Part shown: positions 40,201 through 48,785 of the stretch, in pieces
Position numbering within the stretch: the stretch's first letter is position 1
Layout: each line of letters opens with the position of its first letter
Assembly: GCA_001643675.2 (NCBI GenBank)
Contig: LSRY02000004.1
Location: 2,239,459-2,303,458 of the forward strand
DNA length: 64,000 nt
From: Monocercomonoides exilis PA203
Taxonomy: Eukaryota; Protista; Preaxostyla
Reading direction: 5' to 3'
Position numbers and translations under genes: made by a program
Notes under the pieces: generated by a model
Told to the model about the DNA's origin: nothing
Database searches by the model: none
What the model saw: the letters and a program-made list of their open reading frames with translations, nothing else

Positions 40201-40596
40201 TGGGAGTGTGTGACGCTGCAGATCCCGTTTGGGGAGTACGAGGCAGTTATCGCTGGAGATAAGATTGTGAAGGGAGAGCGACCTCGGCTGGATGTGGTGG
40301 AGAACACAACATATGGGAGCCTGATTGGTGTGTGCCTTTCACCTCGGTGGGAGGGGAGGCCGATGCTGAGCGAGCTGAAAAAGGAGTTTTTTGTGCATTT
40401 CCCAGCAGAGGCGAAGATCCTCACAGTGTCAGATGCGATAGACCTGGAAGAGGCGGATGGGAGAAATGAACACAGCGGGGGAGAGGAAAGCATCATTATT
40501 GATGATGGGGACAATGGAAATGACGTTGGGAATGGTGATGAAGGTGAAGGAGAAGAGGAAGACAGGAAAACAACAAAGCAGTTATTGCTGCGATGA
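28231..40596 (+). CDS. 4121-aa intronless type-I membrane protein: signal peptide, repeated parallel beta-helix (Pmp-like GGAI/FxxN) ectodomain, TM helix, degenerate kinase-like cytoplasmic domain
   Basis: Signal MKLLVYLLLLPALLQS. Repeated GG(A/G)(I/V), FxxC/FxxN and CG..xxPCxT modules. TM WALIVIVMLSVLFLIVLTVSIILAV followed by RWRKQKRR (~39166-39260). Kinase C-lobe RWKAPELL, SVAFSIGMMLWECVTLQIPF, GERP and CLSPRWEGRP. Confidence 0.88.
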   Translation: MKLLVYLLLLPALLQSQSNLYSGTSGKSGAGASVVAESANKHYSILLQEKELLHGKSDSSNPICTISLEYGSAGWNFCEKREHNQKHYLFSMLNSTVLFESVAVRGSARPVALLRDVQAECCFCNCLFWRNWGSDNFCDSFGGLLRLENISLLCSTPNIACGFVLSNSIAPSSRIHLKRSAMHSFSVNSMNPFLSAGNMESVAVDECHFENITHKPDAMRRKGLAEEREFVGNGIGMIEVESSTFNKVIDADCGCIFDGFHTFHHYLSFNCSFVTSRAQVNNTRQVNSSGNVILRDSLFTVVSEVYDGAAVLITGNATLTIERTTFLNCKSTAYSRDNGGGAISATGTGFITITNSSFNNNSCISLAGGAIRIYTKSAGDVSITDSYFIENEGPHYGAFQITGQNDYVIIDSCTFYRNKANTYYCGSICFWNFQCNYSLLSNCLFQECSSAMYAGALLIGGYFEDIYPTEIRFLYFDQNACKNNIGTDVCIRTYNLTFYVANNFTTCFSTSLEKRIAFCTKSSEWTCASYEPKENWIRTDDPSSIHVNPSKEDNAVCGNVGRECKTIGFAITRWLQPELQKVYVSRVNHLETSIAINGQAVETSIKGSGDRPTITSKNVDGWLVTITTGSFTVTDFSIVVDTGVSLESSLFLVSNAEGKLNLVQCEISADSTNRVLEHSQFSLLGGSVNLTLCEIRGFSLQECGLFQKESASSLLFEGGSVCDIARSRGNGTIIGKTLGDGEVLAISNITFRNCTSSAENGGVFGLCLGSGSQLRIGQTSEVGFEECSAPNSESKGKGGALYLLFDPGSNDFILKNISFRGCRAWKGKNVFVDGSNLSSLVKASSFAFKPQTGVELADLDELSGYDAGDRSKVIPLVLYLRTFSSPAYVSGSESDADDTFCGYKDYPCRTVEGAAAFRFANSACELSLLPSFAFLKELTLASQSYVFGAASQGQATEVGSSSVKSREMLVSVSVPATFANITFLLSHSIGNRASFISLQSATLSLTSCSIGKTSETESIEYTAVMASGGVLTVTSLSVAADQALSFSAPMLLLSGSVVCNLFGANLSSIATTGPQSFVETSSSGLANITNCSFDRFSLGKRGMIHSENGSSLYVGGSSFADVSLSNGNGSCIDFAAGEDVLHCVTVFNCSFQGCSVLNNGQSGGGIFASLKSSCELLINSTSFLSCTAPSEMLSGFGGGISLFVLQTDASFAIDAPSFSDELPNKAKCGNDIFVSSPDLASSVNRESFCFYDEQNPFSTASCVGVDEKWVNAMIPLVCYFRVLGDAVCVSAEGSDVPVCGYVDFGCRTLDFSFARLPGRKKAVTIPSEYAVGESCVLSDAKGYSISGLETKTRLKMEGNETQATSVMEVRAAVFFSCFFIEMVYSLHSTKSAVFSVADSNGVLEIENCECQPESGVSSISYCLLAAKAGKLAVNGFVMSNVQFSAGAAVVVNESGACEIMSMMFENVTSSANGEIMKYSSTGEMNVNKSHFSSSMESASPMIFDGNGAVLCVSNTTFSEIGRSEGQGGAVEGVVGDGCRMVLEGVVFLDCCTEEGCGGGLGLSVSGTGHLEIGKEELNSAFKSCAAKKGNGNGGNGGGISIRFSGEVFDYVICHTIFGAETEKNEAEEKGENIFIEGDDLSRIVTQRRFAVECDVSKGKHNEFVGFDRNADKCVPLVSFLSHWTSPVFVNSEEGADYQSCGFSWYPCSSIVYAAENRFASGVAAVCLEPNFSIADKLVLSAMPMVINGVSKPERVNIAADGRESGDGLVITQNEVAISWLEFCAPCEFLHVQRKSLILCAGSKLVVEGCSMVMQSGNPSYRFLLITSGSVKLTEFNLNSMEFNEAPAIELVGAQASGVFDKLHLESVNTTCESGGVIFVSSASAAQIENSTINSTSLLRQTAICVKGGASLTLKKSNFSEVNRTEGNGGVVVGEVDSEKRIEIKECNFAKVMCYHTGTKGGSMLISVAKRGTFLFEKNCVNESRVPGIDGLGGGLHLTFSDVDLTYSMKSDEFNSNDALLGKDVYLVCPLPRRMINPLLWSGSAKDGSEFEKTMWVLDPSDAEMNMSLLRFLFPSVDDIVFVDDGLGQVEAGCGSSVKPCKELSFGFTQLGTEKNILHITSLAKLEGEIKQNLSSLTIRGESVKSDMIVDGGGCICVSDGDLSTQLTIQNIRFAFAASAESLQDSLIVGKVGSIFLISCDVSKSANAQISNIKQSILCGKGSTITLTSVTFSELVFEADQAICVMQSGSLIISGCTFASICTSKKSLIGGMKGTCIAINNTHISECSSESGSVVHWENALEVEIANTSSFANCSSEKDNGGAVNLIFSKNYRLSIADVSFSNNSADEEAKNGGAIFVQLSQDLDEAIEFSSLHFLGNKAHHGKDMFVACADLNRTVLQSRFRFPLVNEEGELIVDLFGRDEVITNKEAVNLTLFLLQLQSSSIHVSAAGRDYLGCGSDEYPCNTFWRGYTNMDKTGSDQKLLTVDASTVVQDTYDVSSFSIIPGYGSARSSIVVKSDLELCTLDSIFLSAKSLSIQNMLLSIPPSFAPPVQNLLRLNPPSASEAQLAVKGCVFECSSGSCIDYILISSAKGQVELADCTLPSFSSGVVPLDLSSSVLIKGMNFTNIASASSGEGGVARVELTEEESLSINGTTAEGCSCAGNGRGGAFFVKCSESLLPAPFVFGSEIILAGNEAMIGKNVFIASSDLNRTVTKSTFVFLAEKSKMEHTLFCGSDAVHHDTDLLRFLCGYKNNTIFVSSNGFDIARCGSEDDPCESFWKGMAQIERSSPSKVITVDGSTFVRDAFIVSNYTIASYSASPDEVRKAVVEFQNKTINDGEPFLTNAVRLSLERMSLRVAEHFDGSASSIVHSKEGILLVRMCSFESKGLMEDLSKVRFVTVEGGELAVDDLTISSSNFAENIFAVNNMAQLCSFTSLSVSSLNLSDGSIFSLSSSIGQETKQNSNWRCDFRINGSTFSSIARVDDGSGVVFSGINNIDLKVDKTVFSDVKAERSLKGGVMLVSLLSESSFKMSDSTVTRCCCSSNGKGGGVYLAAATAGKLDFLFSRVSFIANTAFVGNDIFIECHNITAQINETQFGFDVEKVTDKAKAIFGIDKTDHTADTNLLDFITIYRADTIIVSSDPSRNGKDDRQCGTQYLPCLSIDYGLLHLSNNFVSQMFVDKASYLGGEAKMVEMGLASRTKAQCVIGVHSNILQHELALISTAGSVSLSYLRFAFAEEFVSFHSAFLCPETGVLELSCCAFTSESDGSVQTVPFCLVSANGCKCTAYEVSVSFLAFASPMFRVASSGNMKITSSSFSESSFEGSLAECGEDSVMQTVSSSFTSINVSGRHPMLSFNAANEVAIDNCSFISCLSSTQRGSIVSFSLCTNATIDKCLFDGWKGDNKSDEKRNTQQEEICRWNGSLVDFAGTRAAMKDTAVVNSSEGGMSICGGEVSVEKGEYYWNSKAIDGFPSARRNIICEGKGQLAMESLKGGDGLLPNTSLWILNEGCELSGMASERASELFIPALERVETEEKRGRTELTFRGNLLLPCNLSCQITSTIEKVSSIEVYLLEEDGFVCENEARSSIASGIISSAEERAEVAVCILFGNPEKKGRTESFVVKNKTEKKKDENGNNEIVKSETKEGGSWALIVIVMLSVLFLIVLTVSIILAVRWRKQKRRTEELEVIVEDTVKKDPKAFEMVTMEMSPEEQWRRAEREAEKKNEERIKKRVYEKSLGHSESSEHLLSESGSTEYILGRDSDKIPQWMLEKVDDEEETRKRTPSPSISSTSTTSTTDSDSTFVRGEDLCPTTSSMSNLVDAMTCSSPHEKLILDFRDSFFMLMHGRNKTKEMPIGNLEERELTGAQVLFWVANLALHSFDEMSNPLSSLENLSPHIVLFSEHMDIAVALRSECSSSDDSDSSSISSLTIVSSSSSNVSVMSERFTDSPPPSSAFEDEADNRDECKRWKAPELLMNRNMCATKQSVAFSIGMMLWECVTLQIPFGEYEAVIAGDKIVKGERPRLDVVENTTYGSLIGVCLSPRWEGRPMLSELKKEFFVHFPAEAKILTVSDAIDLEEADGRNEHSGGEESIIIDDGDNGNDVGNGDEGEGEEEDRKTTKQLLLR

Positions 40597-41657
40597 ATGA
40601 AATAAAAGACAAATTGATGCTTGTTTTAAAAAAAATTATTGTTTTTAATTTGTGAATATTTTGCGTTTTCTGTTGTGTTTATTCATTGTTCTTCCCAAAT
40701 TTATATTTTTTACTCATTTTTTATTTCGTGTATATGTATGTATTTTAATATTCAAATACTGTGTGAATTGTCTAATTTTTTGCCTCTGCTTTTTGTTGAA
40801 TTTGTCTTTTTTGTTTTTTTGAACAATTTGCTTGTTGAAAATTTCAGTTTTTGAGAGTTGGTTGAAAGCTGTATCTCCAGTTGTGTCTTTTTTTTTTTTG
40901 TGGGTGAGAATCCTGCACCATTGCGTATTGACTTTAGGGAACCAAAACTTGCCATTTTGCATGTTTCCATCACTTTGAGAATTTTCGCTATATTTTTATT
41001 TTGTGAATTAAACAACACCTTAAATTTTTTGTGTGATTGGAAAATGCAAAGAAGGATATTATGATTTTGCTTTTCTTTCTTTTTTCTGAGAATTATTTGA
41101 CTGACGACAACATTACGAAATGTTCGACAAATCATGGAATTCACTTTTCTGGGTGATCCAAAGCTGATTGCAATATTTATTGTGAATTCAGCAAAAGCTG
41201 CTTTCTTTTCTTTTGGAAACACACAAAAATAATCGTTCGTTTCCTTGAAAATGAATTCGTCTGTAAAAAGAATCATGGTTCTAATGAAAGACGATTGATT
41301 TCTTTTGAAACTTATTTCATGTGTGCAATATAAAAATTAAATTGTTGTTTGTTAACTGCCATTGATTTTGCTTTTGAAGAGAAACAAAAACTGAAAATGA
41401 TTCCAAACGTTCAAAATGATTAAACAAAAAATGATTGTTCCTTTTCGTTCTAATTCTTTCGTGAAAGTTTCGATAGATTTTTGTTTTTCGATAGGAATAA
41501 GTTCATAAGAAAATGTAATTTTTGACATTCAAAAAAATCACTAATAAAAAGATAAAAGGCTTTTGACTTCCACTAAAGAAAGAATATTTTATCAAAACAT
41601 AAACGAAAGTGTGATTTTTTTAAAGGATTAATTGCAGGTTTTTTCTTTTATTGGAAC

Positions 41658-41659
<2 letters not shown>

Positions 41660-41708
<49 letters not shown>
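41660..41708 (-). repeat. Poly(T)49 tract (poly(A) on the minus strand)
   Basis: Direct count of uninterrupted T residues. Confidence 0.95.
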
Positions 41709-42434
41709 CGGAATATTATAGCAAAGTTTTGAGCCGAGAAACTTTATTATTGGAATTTATCTTCAAAGATTTTCTGTTAATCATCCTTTCTTGACTCGAT
41801 GATCGGTTTTTGCATCTCCAACATTAAAACTGCTCTTTTTCCTTTCATTGATTGTTGTTCTTTTTCATATTTTACATTTTGTCAATGCTTTTGCCCTGTT
41901 AGTTTTGTATTTTTTTGATTTTCAATTCATTCATCTTTGACAATTCCAAAAAGAATTTTGAAGCAAATGTCAGTAGCAATAGCTCACAAAGCATTTCAGT
42001 CTATCCAATTTCGTTTGTTCTTGATTTCAGCTTCATCATTTTCAATTTGTACGATCAATTCTTTCTCTTTAAGAATTTGGTTGCTTTCTTGTTTTCCACT
42101 TGTGTTCTATCAATTTCGTTTCAATATCATAAATCAATTCAACTCTGAAAAGAAGAAAAAGCATTCAAGATAGATTCCGAATTGAAAAATGTGACAATGA
42201 ATATTTTCTGTTGGTTCGATCGAAAAGAAATTAAACATTTTCTCTTCTGGCCTTTCATTGAAGATACCTGTATTTTTGTTGCGATTTCTTTTGCACATCT
42301 TTTTCTTGAGCAAAGACAAAATATTTTGTGTTGGGGTTATTTTTATTTTGCGAGATTATAAACGATATTTGCATCAATCGATTATTTTGTTTGCTGGTTG
42401 AATTTATCCGCTTTTTATGTAACCAGAATAAATA

Positions 42435-43868
42435 ATGAACACAATGATTGAAGTTATTCATGTTGAGGAGGAGGAAGAAGAAGATAATGATGAAAGTGAC
42501 AAGGAAGTTATAAAATCAGTTCTTACAGAAAATTTAACAAGTTTGCTTTTTTTCCTCTTAATAAATTTTTCAAAGCTTAAAATAATTTTGTAATTTTTGA
42601 AAAATTGTTTGACGAACTTGAGCATTGCAATGAGGATGCGCAAATAGAGAAAATACTTGAAATGAACGAGACAACGGAATATATGAATGAAAAAGAATTC
42701 AAATCTATTTTCATGGGGAAATTGTTCAATAAAATAGATAAAATGATTGGAGAAAAGAACCTGCCAATGGAAAATGCAATTTTGGAGATGAAAAGTGCTG
42801 GTCGTTGCAAAGCGTTGAAAAGAATACTTCTTTGTGGCTTTGAAAAAATTTCTTTGGGTGAAAGAATTGAGAAGATGATTGTTGAAGAAAATCTAAAGAA
42901 AAAAGAGGAAAAGAATGAAAAGTTCTTGGTCGATCTTTGCGAATGCTACATTTCTCTTAGAACTGGTTTCCCACCCGAATTACTTTTAATTTGTGTACCT
43001 TGCCTTTTGAAGGCTGCGTCGGACAAAGAAGAAACCGAGGAAATTCATAAAGATGTGGAAATGGCTTTATTTGCTTTGTGTTGCATTGAAGAAAATCAAG
43101 TTTGAGCATTTATATTTCCTTTTTCATATTGTTGTTATTTTTCTTGTTTCTTATAAGATTTTTGAACAAAAACAATATTTGAAGGAAATGTTAAAAATTA
43201 TCAAAATTCAACAAGAGCATCACAATCTCATGCGGCTTACCTATCAATCCGCTTGGATGCGTTTGATAAACAAATTTTTCTGGGACAAAAGCGTGGAAGA
43301 TATGATTGTGAATGAACTGCATTTTCCGAGAGAAGCTGAAAGAGAACAAGAAGAATCGAAAAAAGTAATGATAATCAGGAGATGGCTGAGCACAATCAAG
43401 TTTTTCATATCCTTGTGCCAATTGAGGAATGAAGAATTTGTTGAGCTAATCGGTGAAATTGTTCAAGTATTTCGAGTTGCAAAAGATAATTACAGAGAAA
43501 TTCACAGTAAATGCATCTATTCATTAAGAGAAGCAGCTGCAGTCAAAGCTGTTGAAATAGAAGACTTGTTGAATGGTGGTGCTTTTGATGCTGTTTTGGA
43601 GGAATTTCAGCGACAAACGTTGAATGACGATATTGCACATGACAGCTTAATATTTTTAATGAACGTTTCAAATCGATTGAAAGAAGAGGATGACGATGAA
43701 AAGGAAGAAGTTAAAAGAAAGGCAACAAAAAGGAAACCGCTTGAAAAGATGGAAGAAGAAGGATACGAAGATAGAATCACAAGCCTTTATGGAGAAATTT
43801 CTTTCATTAACGAAAGATATAATAATAATTTTTCTTTGAATATTTCTGAATATTTTGTGAATATTTGA
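42435..43868 (+). CDS. Member of an expanded lineage-specific helical protein family (ends KMEEEGYED...SEYFVNI); possibly defective
   Basis: ORFs 42605-43105 and 43053-43868 join through an intron at ~43100-43158 and are clearly paralogous to 59150-60655. I found no in-frame AG acceptor for intron 1 near 42600. About 20 aa present in the paralogue are missing after REAERE. Confidence 0.7.
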
Positions 43869-46800
43869 AGAAATGAAATATCATTTTATTAACAAATATT
43901 TCCTTCTTTTCTTTTATCATTGATTAATTATACAAACATAACTTTGAATATGTTTTGTTTTTTAAACAAAAATACTTTTCATTTATTATCTGTAATTTAA
44001 CAGATCATTCTGTTGTGTTTGTGAAAATAAGATGTAATTTAATACGAAACACGAAAATTAAATATTAACTTTTTTTCATCAGTTCACAAAATCGAAAACG
44101 TATATTCATTTGAATCTTTCTCAAACAATATTTTTTCCCTTGAACGATTTCTTTAATTATGTTGCACGCTCCGCAGTTTCATTAACAAATCAATTTTCAT
44201 TTGCTCGTTTTCAAATATGAATGTTTCTCCTCCAGTTTTTTGAGTAATTTTGCGTTTTTCGACTTCTTTTCTTGATATTCCAAATGACATGTGATTTCAG
44301 AGAACTTTAGAAGAGAAATCAAAGATAAGGGATTAATGATTTTGAGGAGAATGTAAAGAATAAAATTCTATTTGTATTTTGTTTTGACTTATATTAAGTG
44401 AAAAGAAGAAATCTTGCTGTGAAAAAATTGAAATTAACTTTTAATTATCAAAAGATACAACGTTAGAAAAATATCACATAAGAAAGATTTTCCTTTCGTT
44501 CTTTTCATCTCTGATTCGTCTTTGACATATGAATTTGTGATGTTTGTGATTGCTCTTTGTTCTTCATTTTTTCCATCAAACTGGAACAGCCCTTTTTGTC
44601 AGATGAATCTACTGTTTGACTACTCGTGCTTCTTTAAGAAAATTCAATTACGCTTTAGGCAATTTCAGATATGTGTTTATCAATTCTTCCTTTAATCACA
44701 AAATTGCTTCATAAACATCAAGTTGTGAATTTATGAATATCATCTTTTTCGTCCTTTCTCATTTCTCTTCGCTTAACTTTCTTTCTTTGATGTTGCATTC
44801 CGTCATAGATAGAAAAATGTCGAGAAGATCGTAAAGATAACTGCTTTTATCCTCTGCAATTGCATTGACATAAAGCAGAAAATTTCTGATGCACATGGGC
44901 GTAAAGATATGAATGCGAGCAACCTGAATTGTGTAATTTTGTAAAATAAATGTATGCGTAAGCGTCTGTATATGTTTATAATTCTTCTTTTCGTACATCT
45001 TTCTTCGGTCACACATCATTCAGCTTGGAGTCTGCTTCTTGCAATGATATTTTGAAGATTTTCTTGAAAGATGAATTGTAATGATAAGTCCAATTCACTG
45101 AAGTACATTTGTAGCGCTGAAGCACAAATCGCAGGAAACTCGGTATGATAGGCAGGTGCTGGGAAATACACTGATATCAGCTTCAAAGTTCTTTTTGAGT
45201 TGATCAAAAATTAAATCATAAGCTGATACAAATAGTTGAAACTATTTTCCGCTTTTGATAACACAAAAAGCACTGTAACGTTGTCCTGAGCAATAGAATT
45301 CATGAATTTTTCTGTTAAATCTGGTCTAAAGCAGCCTGCGTGTCATTATATGTCAAAAATTATAAAAATTCAATATTTTTCAAAATAGGTAAATAACGAC
45401 CTCCAAAAAAATCATGAAAAAATAAGTATACATTGTATATTCTAGGAGTGTATTTTCATTGTCCTACGGTGAAATTTATGCATCACGCGAACACTCCAGA
45501 TTAAAAGAATATTCACGCAGTTGTAACAAAAAGTTAAAGCTTTTTGTTGTTAATAAATTATGAAACATGACCCAGATAGTCCAGATTGAAATTTAAGAAG
45601 GAACAAAAATGTCTATTCTTCAAACAAAATTGGCTAATAATGAATGCAAAGGAAAAGTAATAATAAAAGAACGCAAACTGGTTATATGCAAGGTGGTTGC
45701 ATATATAATGCAGTTGACTACTCAAATATTCAACAAATTAGCAAAATGTTATCGTTTCATAAGCGATGCTGTTGTTTTCACGAAATTATGTAATTAAGTA
45801 TGTATCAAGATCATATTTTTAAAAATTAAGAATTCATGATGAAAACAATTCATTTTCCAGAATAACATTCTAAAATAAATATGGAAGATGTGAATATATT
45901 GCTTTTTTATAATCTGTCACGAATAGGAGAGTATTACCTCATTTTATTTTGCTATTCTAATTTTCTTCGATAATGATTCAAGAACATTGAAAGAAAAAAA
46001 AAAAAATAACTTTGAAAAATTCTTTACCAATGACCGCCAAAGAGATTTCAATGAACAAGGTTGGATCAAGAAATTATCGAAGCGTTGAAAAGATAAATCG
46101 GATTTATTCAAACTTCAACAAAATATTCAAAACAAAGGGAAAACTTCCACAGCAAATAGTTTTTCCTTCAAAGTCTGAAAGATGACAAAATTATATTTAG
46201 TCATTAACATAAAATATTTTGATGATGATAACAATTATTAAATGAAGGTTATTTTGGAGATAAGGTGAAAACTTTTTTGTCTGATCATTTCCGTATATTT
46301 TAATTTTTCTATTTTTTTTCCTTATTTTTAGAAAAAACCTGGTTTTTTGAGATGAAATGGATTATGACATGAATGACATATAACTATTTTGACTTTCACT
46401 CGATCTGTTTAGATTTTTGTTCTTTCATAAATATTTTTTTTATCAAAAATTTGAAAAAATTTCGAAATACATAATATTCTGTATCTCGGTGGGGAAGGGG
46501 AATTGAGCCAAATCCGTTTACCCACGTCTTAGTTGTGAATTATCGGTGATATTCCATAACACAGAAAAATATGAAAAATTACATAATATTCACATTTATT
46601 GACTTTTCTTCACTCAGGTTATCATTGAAAATATGATAATATGAATTTTAATAAATTTGACTCAGAATTCTCATTTCAAATAAAAATATGTATTATGTTA
46701 GCAAAGTGATAAAGTGTTAATAGAAATAATACCAGGTTAATATCTGCATTGTTTGTGGAGATATTAATTTTTGAATGTTTTTTCAGTCATTTTTCAGTAG

Positions 46801-47000
46801 AAACAGAAAATATTTTTTTTCTCACCAAGGGTTGGTCTGACAATGATATGAGTTATCTTCATCTTCTAGTCTACCAAATGTGAATCCCATAGAAAATTTT
46901 CCTTATAATACGACAACTATCCCTCTAGTTATATATTTGAAGTTATCCCCTTTGTAACTTCCATGACGCTCTGACCATTTGTTTCTTCTTTTCTCATAAA

Positions 47001-47121
47001 GATAACTGGCTTGTGGCAGCCAAGCGTTCATAGCGACGTTGCTTTTTGATTCTTCGATGTCGGCTCTTCCTATCATTGCGAAGCAGAATTCGCCAAGTGT
47101 TGGATTGTTCACCCACTAACA

Positions 47122-47159
<38 letters not shown>

Positions 47160-47750
47160 TAGTTTTACCCTACTGATTAAGTATAGTATTGTCAAGATGG
47201 TAATTCTAGTAAGTATGAGAGGAACCCTAGAATCGTATAATTGGCATTTGCGGTTAGTTGAGAAACTAGTGCCGCGAAGCTACCATACGTTAGATTATGA
47301 CTGAACGCCTCTAAGTCAGAATCTATTCCAGATTTTTATAATTAAGACAATTGAAGGATTATATTGATAATCTCCTGGGCATGCCTTTGTTAAAAAGGGA
47401 ATAGTATTTGATAAAAATAGAGATATGGAAATTAAGACCATGGCCATCGAGGATATTTGACAACCCTCCTATCTACGGTCGGCGACGATTGGATAAGGGA
47501 AGATCCTGTAATGGGATGTGTGTAAATGGGGTCGTATCTTCTAGATGTTTGCTGTAGAATAACATATATGACTAGAATATATTGTGATGGGTCTTGTATC
47601 TCCTTTAAATGCCTTGTGGATCGAAGTTGGTATATAGACTGAGATTCTATATTATACTGCTTTGCAAGGGAGTAAATTTTAAGGAAATTGAGATATTTTA
47701 TTTCCAAGTCGAGGATCTTGAAGGATTGGTTGTACCGCCTTTGAAAGATT
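47001..47750 (+). rRNA. 28S (LSU) rRNA 3' fragment, 5'-truncated; 3' end approximate
   Basis: Conserved eukaryotic domain V/VI blocks: GATAACTGGCTTGTGGCAGCCAAGCGTTCATAGCGAC, TTCGATGTCGGCTCTTCCTATCATTG, GGGAACGTGAGCTGGGTTTAGACCGTC, a sarcin-ricin loop region, and TGACTGAACGCCTCTAAGTCAGAA. Upstream of 47001 the sequence is not rRNA. Confidence 0.93.
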
Positions 47751-48289
47751 TGGCCGGAACGGTTGGTCCAATAAAAACATTTGGTAGATGTATTTAAACG
47801 GATTTCATTAGTTTGGAATTAAACGTTTCATCTGCTGGACCATTTTTTTGCCTGGCTATTGTAAAGATAAATGAGAATATTGGTAAAGGGGTCATGCCTG
47901 AGAAGGACGGATTAGACGAATCCTTGTTATCAGAGGGCTGTGCGTCTCAGAGTGTTTTGTTTGCACGATTTACTGAGGCTTAACTCTGAATATTGTCCGA
48001 TATTTTTTTTTTTTGATTAAGTCATTGAATAAAAAAAAGTCCGTCTAATTAATTAACCCCACAAGAAAATGTTTTAAAATTCATAGATATTCTCTTTTCA
48101 GCTTGAAAACGTATGAATGATTGAATATAAAAACATTGAAAAAAACTTTAAGGACGGATGATTGGAAAGCCTTAATAATACCATGGATGAAGTACTACCC
48201 CCCAAAATAACTGTTCTTTTTTTTTTGGGAAAAGAAAAAATAAATGGGAATTTGAGGGAATCCAATGTGGGAAAAAGTCATAAAGGATG

Positions 48290-48785
48290 AAACTTTTTTT
48301 GAGTTAAATATTAATGATTTCAAAAAAATAAGTTTCTATTCTTCCTTTAAAGGAGTAAAAAGAAACATCTTCAAAAAGATAATGATATTAATCAAACAGA
48401 TTAAGTCAAAACTTTTTTGAAGTTATTAGAGTCAAAAAATAGACCCAAGTCAAATGAAAAATTGGGTTGTAATTGACCAAAAGTTAAAAATGTTTCTGAC
48501 TCCAATAGATGAGTGGAGAGGAACTTCTTCAATGGTTTCAATGTAATGATATTAATCAAATAGATCCTCCATTTTGGTTAATATTCATTGTAAAACTTTG
48601 AAGTTTTTTTGACTTTAAGAAAAAAGTTTCTATCCTCTCTTAAAGGAGATAAAAGAAACATCTTCAAAGATGATGAAAGTGCGTGTATATCATGTTTATC
48701 ATGGTTGCACATTGCTTAAGTCATGATGACTTTGAAGTATTTTTTGACTCAAAAATTGATAATTTCAAAAAAAGTTTCTAACTCC
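48290..48785. repeat. Modular AT-rich direct repeats downstream of 28S
   Basis: AAGTTTCTAT..TAAAGGAG..AAAAGAAACATCTTCAAA at ~48330 and ~48624; TAATGATATTAATCAAA at ~48380 and ~48544; several AACTTT(TT)GAAGT..TTT variants. Confidence 0.75.

Noticed and set aside
11570-40514. Numerous antisense and alternate-frame ORFs inside the two giant genes
   Set aside because: These are shadow ORFs caused by low complexity and codon bias, with no independent motifs.
44100-45350. Gene on the minus strand
   Set aside because: Only short coding-like ORFs broken by stops are present. I could not build a spliced model or assign a family.
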